DNA of 64,000 bases from an uncultured delta proteobacterium (GTDB lineage Bacteria; Desulfobacterota; RBG-13-43-22), in assembly GCA_963716045.1 (NCBI GenBank), contig CAVQSS010000009.1, positions 128,852 through 192,851 on the forward strand, given 5' to 3'. Positions 28,585-36,217 of this stretch are shown one piece after another (position 1 is the stretch's first letter; each line of letters starts with the position of its first letter). Both the position numbers and the translations under genes were made by a program. The notes below the pieces were generated by a model. It had not been told where the DNA came from, did not search any database, and worked only from the letters and a program-made list of their open reading frames with translations.

Positions 28585-29022
28585 TTAGCGGCCGATTTCC
28601 AGGGCCTTAAGAATCATATTTTTAGCGGAATTGAAGGCCGTAACGCTGGCCTCGTAATTACGGGCGGCGCTCATCAACTGCACCATCTCCTCCAGGATAT
28701 TGACATTCGGCAAAGTGACATAACCCCGTTCATCCGCATCCGGATGCTGAGGATCATGCTGGGCCACCAAGTCGCTCAGGTCGGCCACAATTTCCTTGAC
28801 CTCCACCCCTTCCAGACCCCTTTCCATTCGACCGGAAAAAATTCGGGAAAAATCGGAGGGCACCTCCACCGGTCCCAGGATGGCGATTTTTCTCCGGTAG
28901 GGTCCGCCCTCTTCCGTCCGGGTGGTCTGCGCGTTGGCCACGTTGGTGGAAATAATATTCATTACCGTACGCTGGGTATTGAGGCTCGTGCCGCTTATTT
29001 TCAGGGCTTTATAAAGGTCCAT
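28585..29022 (-). CDS. flgC: Flagellar basal-body rod protein FlgC
   Basis: 145 aa. Contains ISGTSLNTQRTVMNIISTNVANAQTT and YVTLPNVNILEEMVQLMSAARNYEASVTAF. Confidence 0.95.
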   Translation of the reverse strand: MDLYKALKISGTSLNTQRTVMNIISTNVANAQTTRTEEGGPYRRKIAILGPVEVPSDFSRIFSGRMERGLEGVEVKEIVADLSDLVAQHDPQHPDADERGYVTLPNVNILEEMVQLMSAARNYEASVTAFNSAKNMILKALEIGR

Positions 29023-29027
29023 TCGCT

Positions 29028-29447
29028 TTACCGCCCCCCATCGGAAATGACGTATTTAATGGTTTCCAATTTCTTGGTCAGGGCCTGAACGGCCGATTGG
29101 TATTGGAGGTTGTTTTCCGCCAGCTTGGTCATTTCCTGATCGATATTGACTCCCGAGGAACCGGTTTCCACCGCACCGAACAGACCGGTCTCCTTTCCCA
29201 GGGCCGACCCCGGCTCGGGAAAATGCTGGGGATGTGTTTTTAGCACGGGGACAGAGGAAGAGACTCCCAGTTTTTGACGCATGATCTGCTGAAAGGGAAG
29301 GTCCTTGGCCGAATAATCGGGGGTCTCGACGTTGGCGATATTACCGGTCAGTATCCCCTGCCGCGCGCCCCGAAGATTTAATGATTGCTCTAGAAAATGG
29401 AATGTTCGGTCAAACAGTCTGCCGGATAATAAATGGTTCATAGGCAC
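29028..29447 (-). CDS. flgB: Flagellar basal-body rod protein FlgB
   Basis: 139 aa. Contains LNLRGARQGILTGNIANVETPDY and VNIDQEMTKLAENNLQYQSAVQAL. Confidence 0.9.
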   Translation of the reverse strand: MPMNHLLSGRLFDRTFHFLEQSLNLRGARQGILTGNIANVETPDYSAKDLPFQQIMRQKLGVSSSVPVLKTHPQHFPEPGSALGKETGLFGAVETGSSGVNIDQEMTKLAENNLQYQSAVQALTKKLETIKYVISDGGR

Positions 29448-29494
29448 CTCAACCTTCTTATCCTCAACTTTTTCTCAATTCAACCTTATTTTCT

Positions 29495-29509
29495 GCAAAT
29501 CTCATACCA
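29495..29509 (-). promoter_or_regulatory. Sigma-54 promoter upstream of flgB
   Basis: The minus strand reads TGGTAT-GAGAT-TTGC, with the GG and GC dinucleotides at the correct spacing. It lies about 48 nt upstream of flgB and overlaps the stop codon of the upstream EBP gene. Confidence 0.5.
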
Positions 29510-30902
29510 TGGTGGGGGGGTGAATCGGGACCAATCCCTCATCCGCCCAGGACCCCGCTTCCTGCTTATATTCCTGAAGCTTATTTCGGAGGGTCCGTAC
29601 GCTGATGCCCAAAATGTTTGCCGCCTGGGTCCGGTTTCCCTCCGTCTTATCCAAGGCCTTGAAGATCAGGTCTTTTTCCACCTCCCGGAGGGAGAAAGTC
29701 GACGAGTCATTAATCCGCACCTCGGTTGCCGTGGGATCGGAGGCCTCCAGGCAAAAATCTTTCATTTCAATCGTCGGACCGGAGGCGATCAGCACCGTAC
29801 GCTCCAAAAGGTTTTCCAATTCGCGGATATTTCCGCGCCACTCCCGCTGTTTGATCCAATTCAGGGCCTGGTCCGCCACCCGGGCCACTTCCCGATTATA
29901 GAGCTTGGAAAATTTCCGCACAAAATAATCTACCAGCAGTTCCAGATCCTCCGGACGTTCCCGCAAAGGCGGGATGCGCAAAGGGATGACATTCAATCGG
30001 TAATAAAGGTCGGCGCGAAAATCGCCTTTTTCAACGCTCTGCTCTAAATTTCGATTTGTCGTGGCGATTACCCGAATATCCAGAGGAACCGGATGTCGCC
30101 CGCCGATCCGATCCAACTCGTTTTCCTGCAGCACCCGGAGCAGCTTGGCCTGTAATTGGGTATTCATTTCACTGATTTCATCTAATAAAAGGGTCCCTCG
30201 CTGGGCCAACTCAAATTTCCCCAATTTTTTTTGGATGGCCCCGGTAAAGGCCCCCTTTTCATGGCCGAACAATTCGCTTTCCAAAAGCCCGTCCGGAAGA
30301 GAGGCGCAATTGACGGCCACAAAGGCCTCCTTATTTCGGGGACTGCGCTCGTGGAGATAGCGAGCAAAAAGTTCTTTTCCCGTGCCGCTTTCACCCTGAA
30401 CCAGCACGGTGGCTTTACTGGCGGCCACCTTGCGGCATAATTCCAAGAGATCCAGCATCTTCCGGTTCTGGGTGACGATCGGGCGGGACACCAGGCCTTT
30501 CCCGAAGGGGCTCTCGAGTTCGCCAAACGACCCTGTCCGCTTAGGATCGACCCGCCCGATTCGTTCTTCCAGCCAGACGCCGGATAGGGGCTTGACGACG
30601 TAATCCAAGGCCCCCTGCTTGATGGCCTCGATGGCCTGAGGGATGCTTCCCTCGGCGGTCATGACAATGACCGGGGTATCCGGAAAACGTTGTTTGACCT
30701 GACCCAAAAGCTGTAAGCCGCTTGAATCCTCCAGTTCCACTTCGGTAATCACCAGATCGAAAGGTCTTTGGTCCAACCAGCGGAGGGCTTCTTCTCCCCG
30801 ATTGACCCATTGTATCCAAAACCCATTCTTGGGGTTGTTTTCTACAAAAACCTTCCGGGCCCCCGGGTCGTTTTCCGCAATCAACAATGCCTTTTCGCCC
30901 AT
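29502..30902 (-). CDS. Sigma-54-dependent enhancer-binding protein (NtrC/FlrC/FleR class) with an atypical receiver (Glu at the acceptor site)
   Basis: 466 aa with REC, AAA+ and Fis-type HTH domains. Walker A is VLVQGESGTGKE, the GAFTGA loop is intact, and the HTH is ANILGISVRTLRNKL. The receiver reads LLIAENDPG and DLVITEVELED where canonical receivers have DD and D. Confidence 0.9.
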   Translation of the reverse strand: MGEKALLIAENDPGARKVFVENNPKNGFWIQWVNRGEEALRWLDQRPFDLVITEVELEDSSGLQLLGQVKQRFPDTPVIVMTAEGSIPQAIEAIKQGALDYVVKPLSGVWLEERIGRVDPKRTGSFGELESPFGKGLVSRPIVTQNRKMLDLLELCRKVAASKATVLVQGESGTGKELFARYLHERSPRNKEAFVAVNCASLPDGLLESELFGHEKGAFTGAIQKKLGKFELAQRGTLLLDEISEMNTQLQAKLLRVLQENELDRIGGRHPVPLDIRVIATTNRNLEQSVEKGDFRADLYYRLNVIPLRIPPLRERPEDLELLVDYFVRKFSKLYNREVARVADQALNWIKQREWRGNIRELENLLERTVLIASGPTIEMKDFCLEASDPTATEVRINDSSTFSLREVEKDLIFKALDKTEGNRTQAANILGISVRTLRNKLQEYKQEAGSWADEGLVPIHPPTMV

Positions 30903-30905
30903 GAG

Positions 30906-32744
30906 TCAGTTTAGCCTTAGGTCGCTGATCTTTTTTTCCAGGGATTGCTGGCTCGCCCTCGATTCATAGACCTTCTTCCAAAAAGGGTCTATTTCGCCGG
31001 CCGGATTCGCCGGGGTTGATCCCTGGCCTTTCGGTTCCAGAAGCAAGCGGCATTGGCTTATTTTTTGAGCTAAAAAGGGGGAAGCCGGTTGACGCTTTAC
31101 TTGCTGGGCCTGTTGGAAAGCCTCCCAGGCTTCGGACAACTTTTTTTCTCTGAAATAAAGGTCGCCGATCCGCTCATAAGCCAGGGCGGTCTTGGCCGGA
31201 TCCTGGCTCCGGGCAATAAATTGCCTTAGGGCCTCATAGGCCTTGGGGTTTAAGGCCGGGATCTCATAATAAAGGGACCCTAGAAGATACCAGCGCTCCG
31301 GATAAGCTTCCGGGGAGGGATAGCGGGCGATGGACTCCTCCAGGATCTTCAGGCCCTCGGCATAATTACGTTGCCCGTACCAACCCTGGCCCAAAAGCAG
31401 GTAAGCCCGTTGTTTCGTATTTTCCGGAGCGGAGGGGTGATCGATCAGTTTTCTCAGAAAAGGAGCGGCGGAGGCCTGGTCGCCCTTTTCAATAAGGACT
31501 TCCGCCCAATCCACCAGCATTTCCTGGGGTTCCTGGTTGCCCCGCTGCCAGGCCGCCTGGAAATATCGGCCGGCCTGATCAGGCAGTCCCAGGGCCTTAA
31601 AACTCTTTCCCAAAAGGACAAATAACCGGGGGTCCGGACAATCCTGCAATGCTTCCCGATGCGGATGGTACAAGCGGATCACTTCCATATAGCTGGCTCG
31701 AGTGAACAGCCCTTCCAACTCAGGAATCAAGGCCCTTTGGAGCTGGGAAGAGAAGATTTCCTTCCCCTCATTTTTTTCCTGAGAAAAGGATTTCAGGTCA
31801 GTGATGATCTGGAGGGCCAGGGTCCTTTGTTTTGATTCAATATAAAAATCGATAAGTTGGGATATTGCAGGGCGGGCGGCGGGTCCGTTAGCCCGGGAGA
31901 AGGCCTGGAGGATTTGCCGGCGGGCCTTTTCGCCTTGAAGGGCGTTTCCCTCCAAAAGATAACTGTGATAAATCTCTTCCACAACCCGCAAATTCAGTTT
32001 CTCAATAGGGACTTCATTCAGATAACGGGAAAATGCCTCCCTTCCCTGGGCATATTTCTTCTGCTCCAGCAGGGCCCGCCCGGTTTCCAGCAGCGGTTCC
32101 GGAGGGTTACCCTGGGGGGTGGAATCCGGAGTCACTAAAGGGCCCGGCTTTTTTTCCTTGGATACCGGGGGAGAGTTCTTTTTGACCGTCTTTGTGGTCT
32201 CCCGTTCCTCTACCACCCGGTCCCGGGCCGGAGGAACGGATTTTTTTGAGATTTGGGCCGGTGTCGGGGCCTCGGTTTTTTTCGGATTATCTTCCAGATT
32301 GATCCAAAGTTCGAAAGGATCGCCCTCCGAGGTGGAAACTGAAAAAGGGGCTTTTTGCTTCAAATCCAGGACCAGGCGTACCGTCTTTTCGTTGAATTGG
32401 GAACAGCGAAGGCGTTGAATAGGTCCGGTTTTCAATTCCGGGATAGGACTAAGTTTTAAAAGGCAAGGGGTCAAATTTATAACAACCCGGTCCGGATTGG
32501 CCAGGCTGAATACGGTAGGCTTAACAGGGTGCCTGACTTTCAGGACCACCCGGGTCTTTCCCTCCGCGGACTCCGACTTGATTTGGAAGAATTCTCCCAG
32601 GGGCGCCTCCTGGTCCTGTGCCCGCAAAAGCGTCCCCGGGAACGCCCCCGCCAATCCCACCAAGATCAACCCGATGCGCAATAAAAAGCTTGGCCTGGCT
32701 CGAAACAAAATCTGCAGAATCCTTTCCCGGGACCCTAAGGCCAA
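30906..32744 (-). CDS. Exported AMIN-domain + TPR-repeat protein
   Basis: 612 aa with a TTG start. Signal/anchor sequence (RIGLILVGLAGAFPGTLLRA), then an AMIN-like beta domain (TRVVLKVRHPVKPTVFSLANPDRVVINL...VRLVLDLKQKAPFSV), a Lys/Pro-rich linker, and about 350 aa of TPR-like helical repeats. Confidence 0.6.
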   Translation of the reverse strand: MALGSRERILQILFRARPSFLLRIGLILVGLAGAFPGTLLRAQDQEAPLGEFFQIKSESAEGKTRVVLKVRHPVKPTVFSLANPDRVVINLTPCLLKLSPIPELKTGPIQRLRCSQFNEKTVRLVLDLKQKAPFSVSTSEGDPFELWINLEDNPKKTEAPTPAQISKKSVPPARDRVVEERETTKTVKKNSPPVSKEKKPGPLVTPDSTPQGNPPEPLLETGRALLEQKKYAQGREAFSRYLNEVPIEKLNLRVVEEIYHSYLLEGNALQGEKARRQILQAFSRANGPAARPAISQLIDFYIESKQRTLALQIITDLKSFSQEKNEGKEIFSSQLQRALIPELEGLFTRASYMEVIRLYHPHREALQDCPDPRLFVLLGKSFKALGLPDQAGRYFQAAWQRGNQEPQEMLVDWAEVLIEKGDQASAAPFLRKLIDHPSAPENTKQRAYLLLGQGWYGQRNYAEGLKILEESIARYPSPEAYPERWYLLGSLYYEIPALNPKAYEALRQFIARSQDPAKTALAYERIGDLYFREKKLSEAWEAFQQAQQVKRQPASPFLAQKISQCRLLLEPKGQGSTPANPAGEIDPFWKKVYESRASQQSLEKKISDLRLN

Positions 32745-32775
32745 TCCTAATAGTCGGATCCCATGAGGGGTTTGA

Positions 32776-32790
32776 GCAAGGAGTATGCCA
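32776..32790 (-). promoter_or_regulatory. Sigma-54 promoter upstream of the AMIN-TPR / EBP operon
   Basis: The minus strand reads TGGCAT-ACTCC-TTGC. It lies about 32 nt upstream of the ORF start at 32744. Confidence 0.6.
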
Positions 32791-32894
32791 ATAGCCCCGA
32801 AACCAGGTTGGTGATTGAAATCAAATTGTTAGAAAGAAAGGACTTAAAGGGATGGTCGAAAAGAGTAAAAATATCGACGGTGCTCGTTCATGAT

Positions 32895-32908
32895 GTCAAT
32901 TTTTTGAC
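32895..32908 (-). promoter_or_regulatory. Candidate enhancer (UAS) palindrome GTCAA-N4-TTGAC
   Basis: GTCAATTTTTTGAC lies about 105-118 bp upstream of the sigma-54 promoter at 32776-32790. The motif and distance match the site at 18213-18226. Confidence 0.4.
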
Positions 32909-32941
32909 TTACTTGCCCAGAAAAAATATTTTTGGCTGGCT

Positions 32942-34327
32942 TTATGCCGGGGGGGCTTGGAGGTTTTGGCGTTTGATTTTTTCGATTAAGGTCGTTCGGT
33001 TGAGGTTCAACAATTGGGCCGCCTTATTTTTGACCCACCCGGTCTTGATCAAGGCCTGGAGAATTAATTTTCGTTCGAATTCATTTACGGCGGTGTCCAG
33101 GAAGATCCCCTCTTCCGGGATGTCAAGGGGCAAAGCCTGGTCCAGGGGCGGGATCTTTTGAATCCTTTCCGGTAGATCCGAAAGGGTAATCACCTCGTTA
33201 TTGGTCAGGATCGCGATCCGTTCGATCATATTTTCCAACTCGCGGATATTTCCGGGCCATTCGTAATCCTTGAGCTTTTTTAAGGCCTCCTCTTCGATAC
33301 CCTGGATATTTCGCTTCTTGCTTTTGTTGAACTGGTCAATAAAATGGTGGACCAAAAGCGGGATATCGGATTTATGCTCCCGCAGCGGTGGGATCTCAAT
33401 AGGAATCACGTTGAGACGATAATACAAGTCTTCTCGAAAATGGCCGTTCTCCACCGCCTTTTTTAAATTACGGTGCGTGGCCGTGATCACGCGGATATCG
33501 ACCTGAATAGTTCGGGTGCCCCCAATGCGTTCAAAGGCCCGGTCCTGCAAAACCCTCAATAATTTGCTCTGCAGCACCGGATCCATGTCACCTATTTCGT
33601 CCAAAAAAATAGTGCCCCCGTGGGCCAATTCAAATCGACCGATCCGGGTCCGGATGGCATTGGTAAAAGCCCCCTTTTCATGACCGAAAAGTTCGCTCTC
33701 CAATAACTCCGAGGGAATAGCCGCGCAATTGACCGGCACTATGGGGCCCTTGGCCCGGCCGCTGTTATAATGAAGCGCCCGGGCCACCAGTTCCTTCCCG
33801 GTTCCACTTTCTCCCAGAATCATAATAGTGCTGTCGGTGTCGGCCACTTTTTCAATGGTTTGAAACACCTTTTGCATGGGCCCACTGTCACCGATGATAT
33901 TATCGAATTTATATTTTTTCCTTAACTGGTTCCGAAGCAGAACATTTTCCCTTTTCAGGTTGCGGAATTCGATCGCCCGCTGAATCGCGATCAGAATTTC
34001 TTCCAGGTCAACCGGTTTGGTCAGGTAGTCGTAGGCCCCGGCCTTAACCGCCTCCACCGCGTTTTTGATGGACCCATGTCCGGTCAAAATGATACAGAGG
34101 GACTCCGGGCAGTGACTGATGACATAGTTTAAAACGTCCATTCCACCCAATCCCGGCATTATTAAGTCCGTCAAAACCAGGCCGTAGGAATCCTTTTCCA
34201 ACTCGGCAATCCCGGTTGCGCCGTCTTGGGCGATAGTCACCTCGTACCCTTTTGCCCCTAAAAACTCGGATAGCAATTCGAGGATATAGGCCGTATCGTC
34301 AATGATCAGGATTTTTTCTGAATTCAA
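32942..34327 (-). CDS. Sigma-54-dependent response regulator (NtrC family) with a canonical receiver but a GAFTNA loop
   Basis: 461 aa with a TTG start. The receiver is canonical (ILIIDDT, LVLTDLIMPG, ILTGHGS, DYLTKPV). Walker A is ILGESGTGKE. The sigma-54 contact loop reads GAFTNA rather than GAFTGA. The Fis-type HTH is AAQLLNLNRTTLIEKI. Confidence 0.9.
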   Translation of the reverse strand: MNSEKILIIDDTAYILELLSEFLGAKGYEVTIAQDGATGIAELEKDSYGLVLTDLIMPGLGGMDVLNYVISHCPESLCIILTGHGSIKNAVEAVKAGAYDYLTKPVDLEEILIAIQRAIEFRNLKRENVLLRNQLRKKYKFDNIIGDSGPMQKVFQTIEKVADTDSTIMILGESGTGKELVARALHYNSGRAKGPIVPVNCAAIPSELLESELFGHEKGAFTNAIRTRIGRFELAHGGTIFLDEIGDMDPVLQSKLLRVLQDRAFERIGGTRTIQVDIRVITATHRNLKKAVENGHFREDLYYRLNVIPIEIPPLREHKSDIPLLVHHFIDQFNKSKKRNIQGIEEEALKKLKDYEWPGNIRELENMIERIAILTNNEVITLSDLPERIQKIPPLDQALPLDIPEEGIFLDTAVNEFERKLILQALIKTGWVKNKAAQLLNLNRTTLIEKIKRQNLQAPPA

Positions 34328-34482
34328 TGGGACCCCTTGACAATAATATTGGACTTACTATTTGGGAGCTTATTTTTGCCTAACCCGGCCTTTTAGTCAA
34401 TAAATTTATTTCGTTAGGGAATAGGAGGGATAATTGGACGGAGGGGAGGGAAAACAACCGGGCAAAAAAGAAAAAAAACCGC

Positions 34483-34818
34483 TTACCGCCTGATGATAAT
34501 CGCACTATTTGGTATGTCCAGCGATTTTTCCTGCTTATGGATTTCCGCCTGCTGCCGGGCCTGCTTCTCTTCCGGAGGGGTAACGGAATAATAGATGACA
34601 TCGTGTCCACCATCAGGGCGGGAGACCTCTTGAACTCCTACCGAAGAGGGCCTGTCCATACTCCGGTCGACCGGCCTGACTGGGGCCGGCTGTTCAACAG
34701 GGAGCCTGCCCCGGGAGAGAGCGGGTTGGTCGATCCCACCGGAAAGCGCTTCGGAGGCCAGGGCCGGCAGGCCGATCAGTGACAAATAAACGATGAATAC
34801 TCTCCGGGTGGAAATCAT
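34483..34818 (-). CDS. Small exported hypothetical protein
   Basis: 111 aa. Signal peptide (VFIVYLSLIGLPALASEA) followed by Pro/Arg-rich low-complexity sequence. A 4-nt overlap links it to the upstream LysM-RlpA gene. Confidence 0.4.
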   Translation of the reverse strand: MISTRRVFIVYLSLIGLPALASEALSGGIDQPALSRGRLPVEQPAPVRPVDRSMDRPSSVGVQEVSRPDGGHDVIYYSVTPPEEKQARQQAEIHKQEKSLDIPNSAIIIRR

Positions 34819-35423
34819 AAAATCTCCATCTTTAATTTTCCCACGCCTCGAGTAACCAGATCCAGTTTCCGAGCCAATCCGTAAGAAAGATCCACATCTC
34901 TTCCGGAAATGAAAGGGCCGCGGTCGTTGATTTTGGCCACGACCCGCACGCCGTTTTGGGGATTGGTCAATCGAACCTCGGTTCCCAGCGGTAAGGTCTT
35001 ATGGGCCAACGTGTCCTTATACATGTCAAATCGCTCTCCGCTGGCCGTGGGCTTTAGATGGTAATCCGCACCATACCAACTGGCGGTTACTTCCTGAGGA
35101 CCGGGATTTTTGTCTTTCCGGATGATCAATTTTTGGCCGGGATAAATTCGGTCCGGATTCTTGATGCCGTTATCCCGGGCGATCTGATAAGGGTCCGCCT
35201 GGAATTTTTTGAGGCCCAGTTTCCATAAAGTGTCCCCGGGTTGGACCACATATTCTATGTTCGTCTGTCCTGACTCTTCCCCCGACAGCCCGGGCTGGGA
35301 CAGCTTGGTCTCCAAAATTTGAGGAAAGGAGGAATTTCGGGGTGGTCTTAGGGGAATCCCTCTCGGGGCTGTTGCCGGGAGTTCTTCCATGGTCGCCAAA
35401 GTCGAGCCTATGGAAATTGTCAT
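34815..35423 (-). CDS. LysM + RlpA-like (DPBB) lytic transglycosylase family protein
   Basis: 202 aa. LysM domain: YVVQPGDTLWKLGLKKFQADPYQIARDNGIKNPDRIYPGQKLII. RlpA double-psi beta-barrel: ASWYGADYHLKPTASGERFDMYKDTLAHKTLPLGTEVRLTN...VVAKINDRGPFISGRDVDLS. Confidence 0.85.
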   Translation of the reverse strand: MTISIGSTLATMEELPATAPRGIPLRPPRNSSFPQILETKLSQPGLSGEESGQTNIEYVVQPGDTLWKLGLKKFQADPYQIARDNGIKNPDRIYPGQKLIIRKDKNPGPQEVTASWYGADYHLKPTASGERFDMYKDTLAHKTLPLGTEVRLTNPQNGVRVVAKINDRGPFISGRDVDLSYGLARKLDLVTRGVGKLKMEIL

Positions 35424-35443
35424 TTGCTTCCTCTAAGAAAACC

Positions 35444-35926
35444 TTAGATATAGTCTCCGCGATTAAATTTCGCGACCTCAGCAGCCGATACCACTCCGAC
35501 TTCCTGAATAATTTTTTGCAAAGGATCCCCCGCGGAGAATTGTTGGGTCAATTTTTGCAATTGCTCCACTTTTACTGACAGGGATTCAACCAGAGGGTTA
35601 ATCTGCTTGAGCGATTGAGCCGGATCGGCCAGGGCCTGCTGGTATTGTCCCAGCAAATCCAGGGTCTTTTCGGTCACTGAAACCCCTTGGGCTCGCAGTT
35701 GTTCCGGGGATTGGACTTCCATAACACCCTTAACCGGGCCAATTTCAAACCCTGGGGCCGGGGGTTGAATGGGTGGGGTGAGCATTATCCCCGGATTGGT
35801 TTTTGAAGCGCCGACGGATCGATTGGCCTCCAGGAGGATCCGTTGAAAATCCGATGTCTTTTTAGTCTCCTGGTTCTGCCCCAAAGAGGGCAGGGAAGGA
35901 GAAATCCCGATTCTTTTGATATCCAT
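35444..35926 (-). CDS. Hypothetical protein, first gene of the sigma-54-driven LysM-RlpA operon
   Basis: 160 aa with no TM helix or signal peptide. Gln/Pro-rich N-terminal half and helical C-terminal half. The N-terminal SDFQRILLEA loosely recalls small flagellar-operon proteins. No family recognised. Confidence 0.45.
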   Translation of the reverse strand: MDIKRIGISPSLPSLGQNQETKKTSDFQRILLEANRSVGASKTNPGIMLTPPIQPPAPGFEIGPVKGVMEVQSPEQLRAQGVSVTEKTLDLLGQYQQALADPAQSLKQINPLVESLSVKVEQLQKLTQQFSAGDPLQKIIQEVGVVSAAEVAKFNRGDYI

Positions 35927-35961
35927 ATGGCAATTGCTCCTCTGCTTTTTAGGTCATAAAT

Positions 35962-35976
35962 GCAATTTAGATGCCG
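35962..35976 (-). promoter_or_regulatory. Sigma-54 promoter upstream of the 35926 operon
   Basis: The minus strand reads CGGCAT-CTAAA-TTGC, with GG/GC correctly spaced. It lies about 36 nt upstream of the ATG at 35926. Confidence 0.5.
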
Positions 35977-36217
35977 TTTGTCGTCCCGAGGAACCAAGGG
36001 GCGCCATTTTTTTAGAGAATCGGCTAAAATGTCATTTTTTTTAATAAAACGTCTTCCCCAATAAACAAAAAAGTCACTACCCCCCAACAAAACCTCTGAA
36101 ATTGCGGTTTGCTGGAATTCCTTTCCGGCATCTCCTTAGGAAAAAATTGCCGATTCCTCTTCAATACGGGTCAAGTTTTTTCTTGGCAACCAAGTTCCGT
36201 TTATACTAATATTCGAT

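Noticed and set aside
34339-34370. A plus-strand TTGACA ... TATTTG sigma-70-like promoter just upstream of the EBP start
   Set aside because: It points into minus-strand genes with no plus-strand ORF or RNA feature downstream, so it is probably a chance match in an AT-rich spacer.
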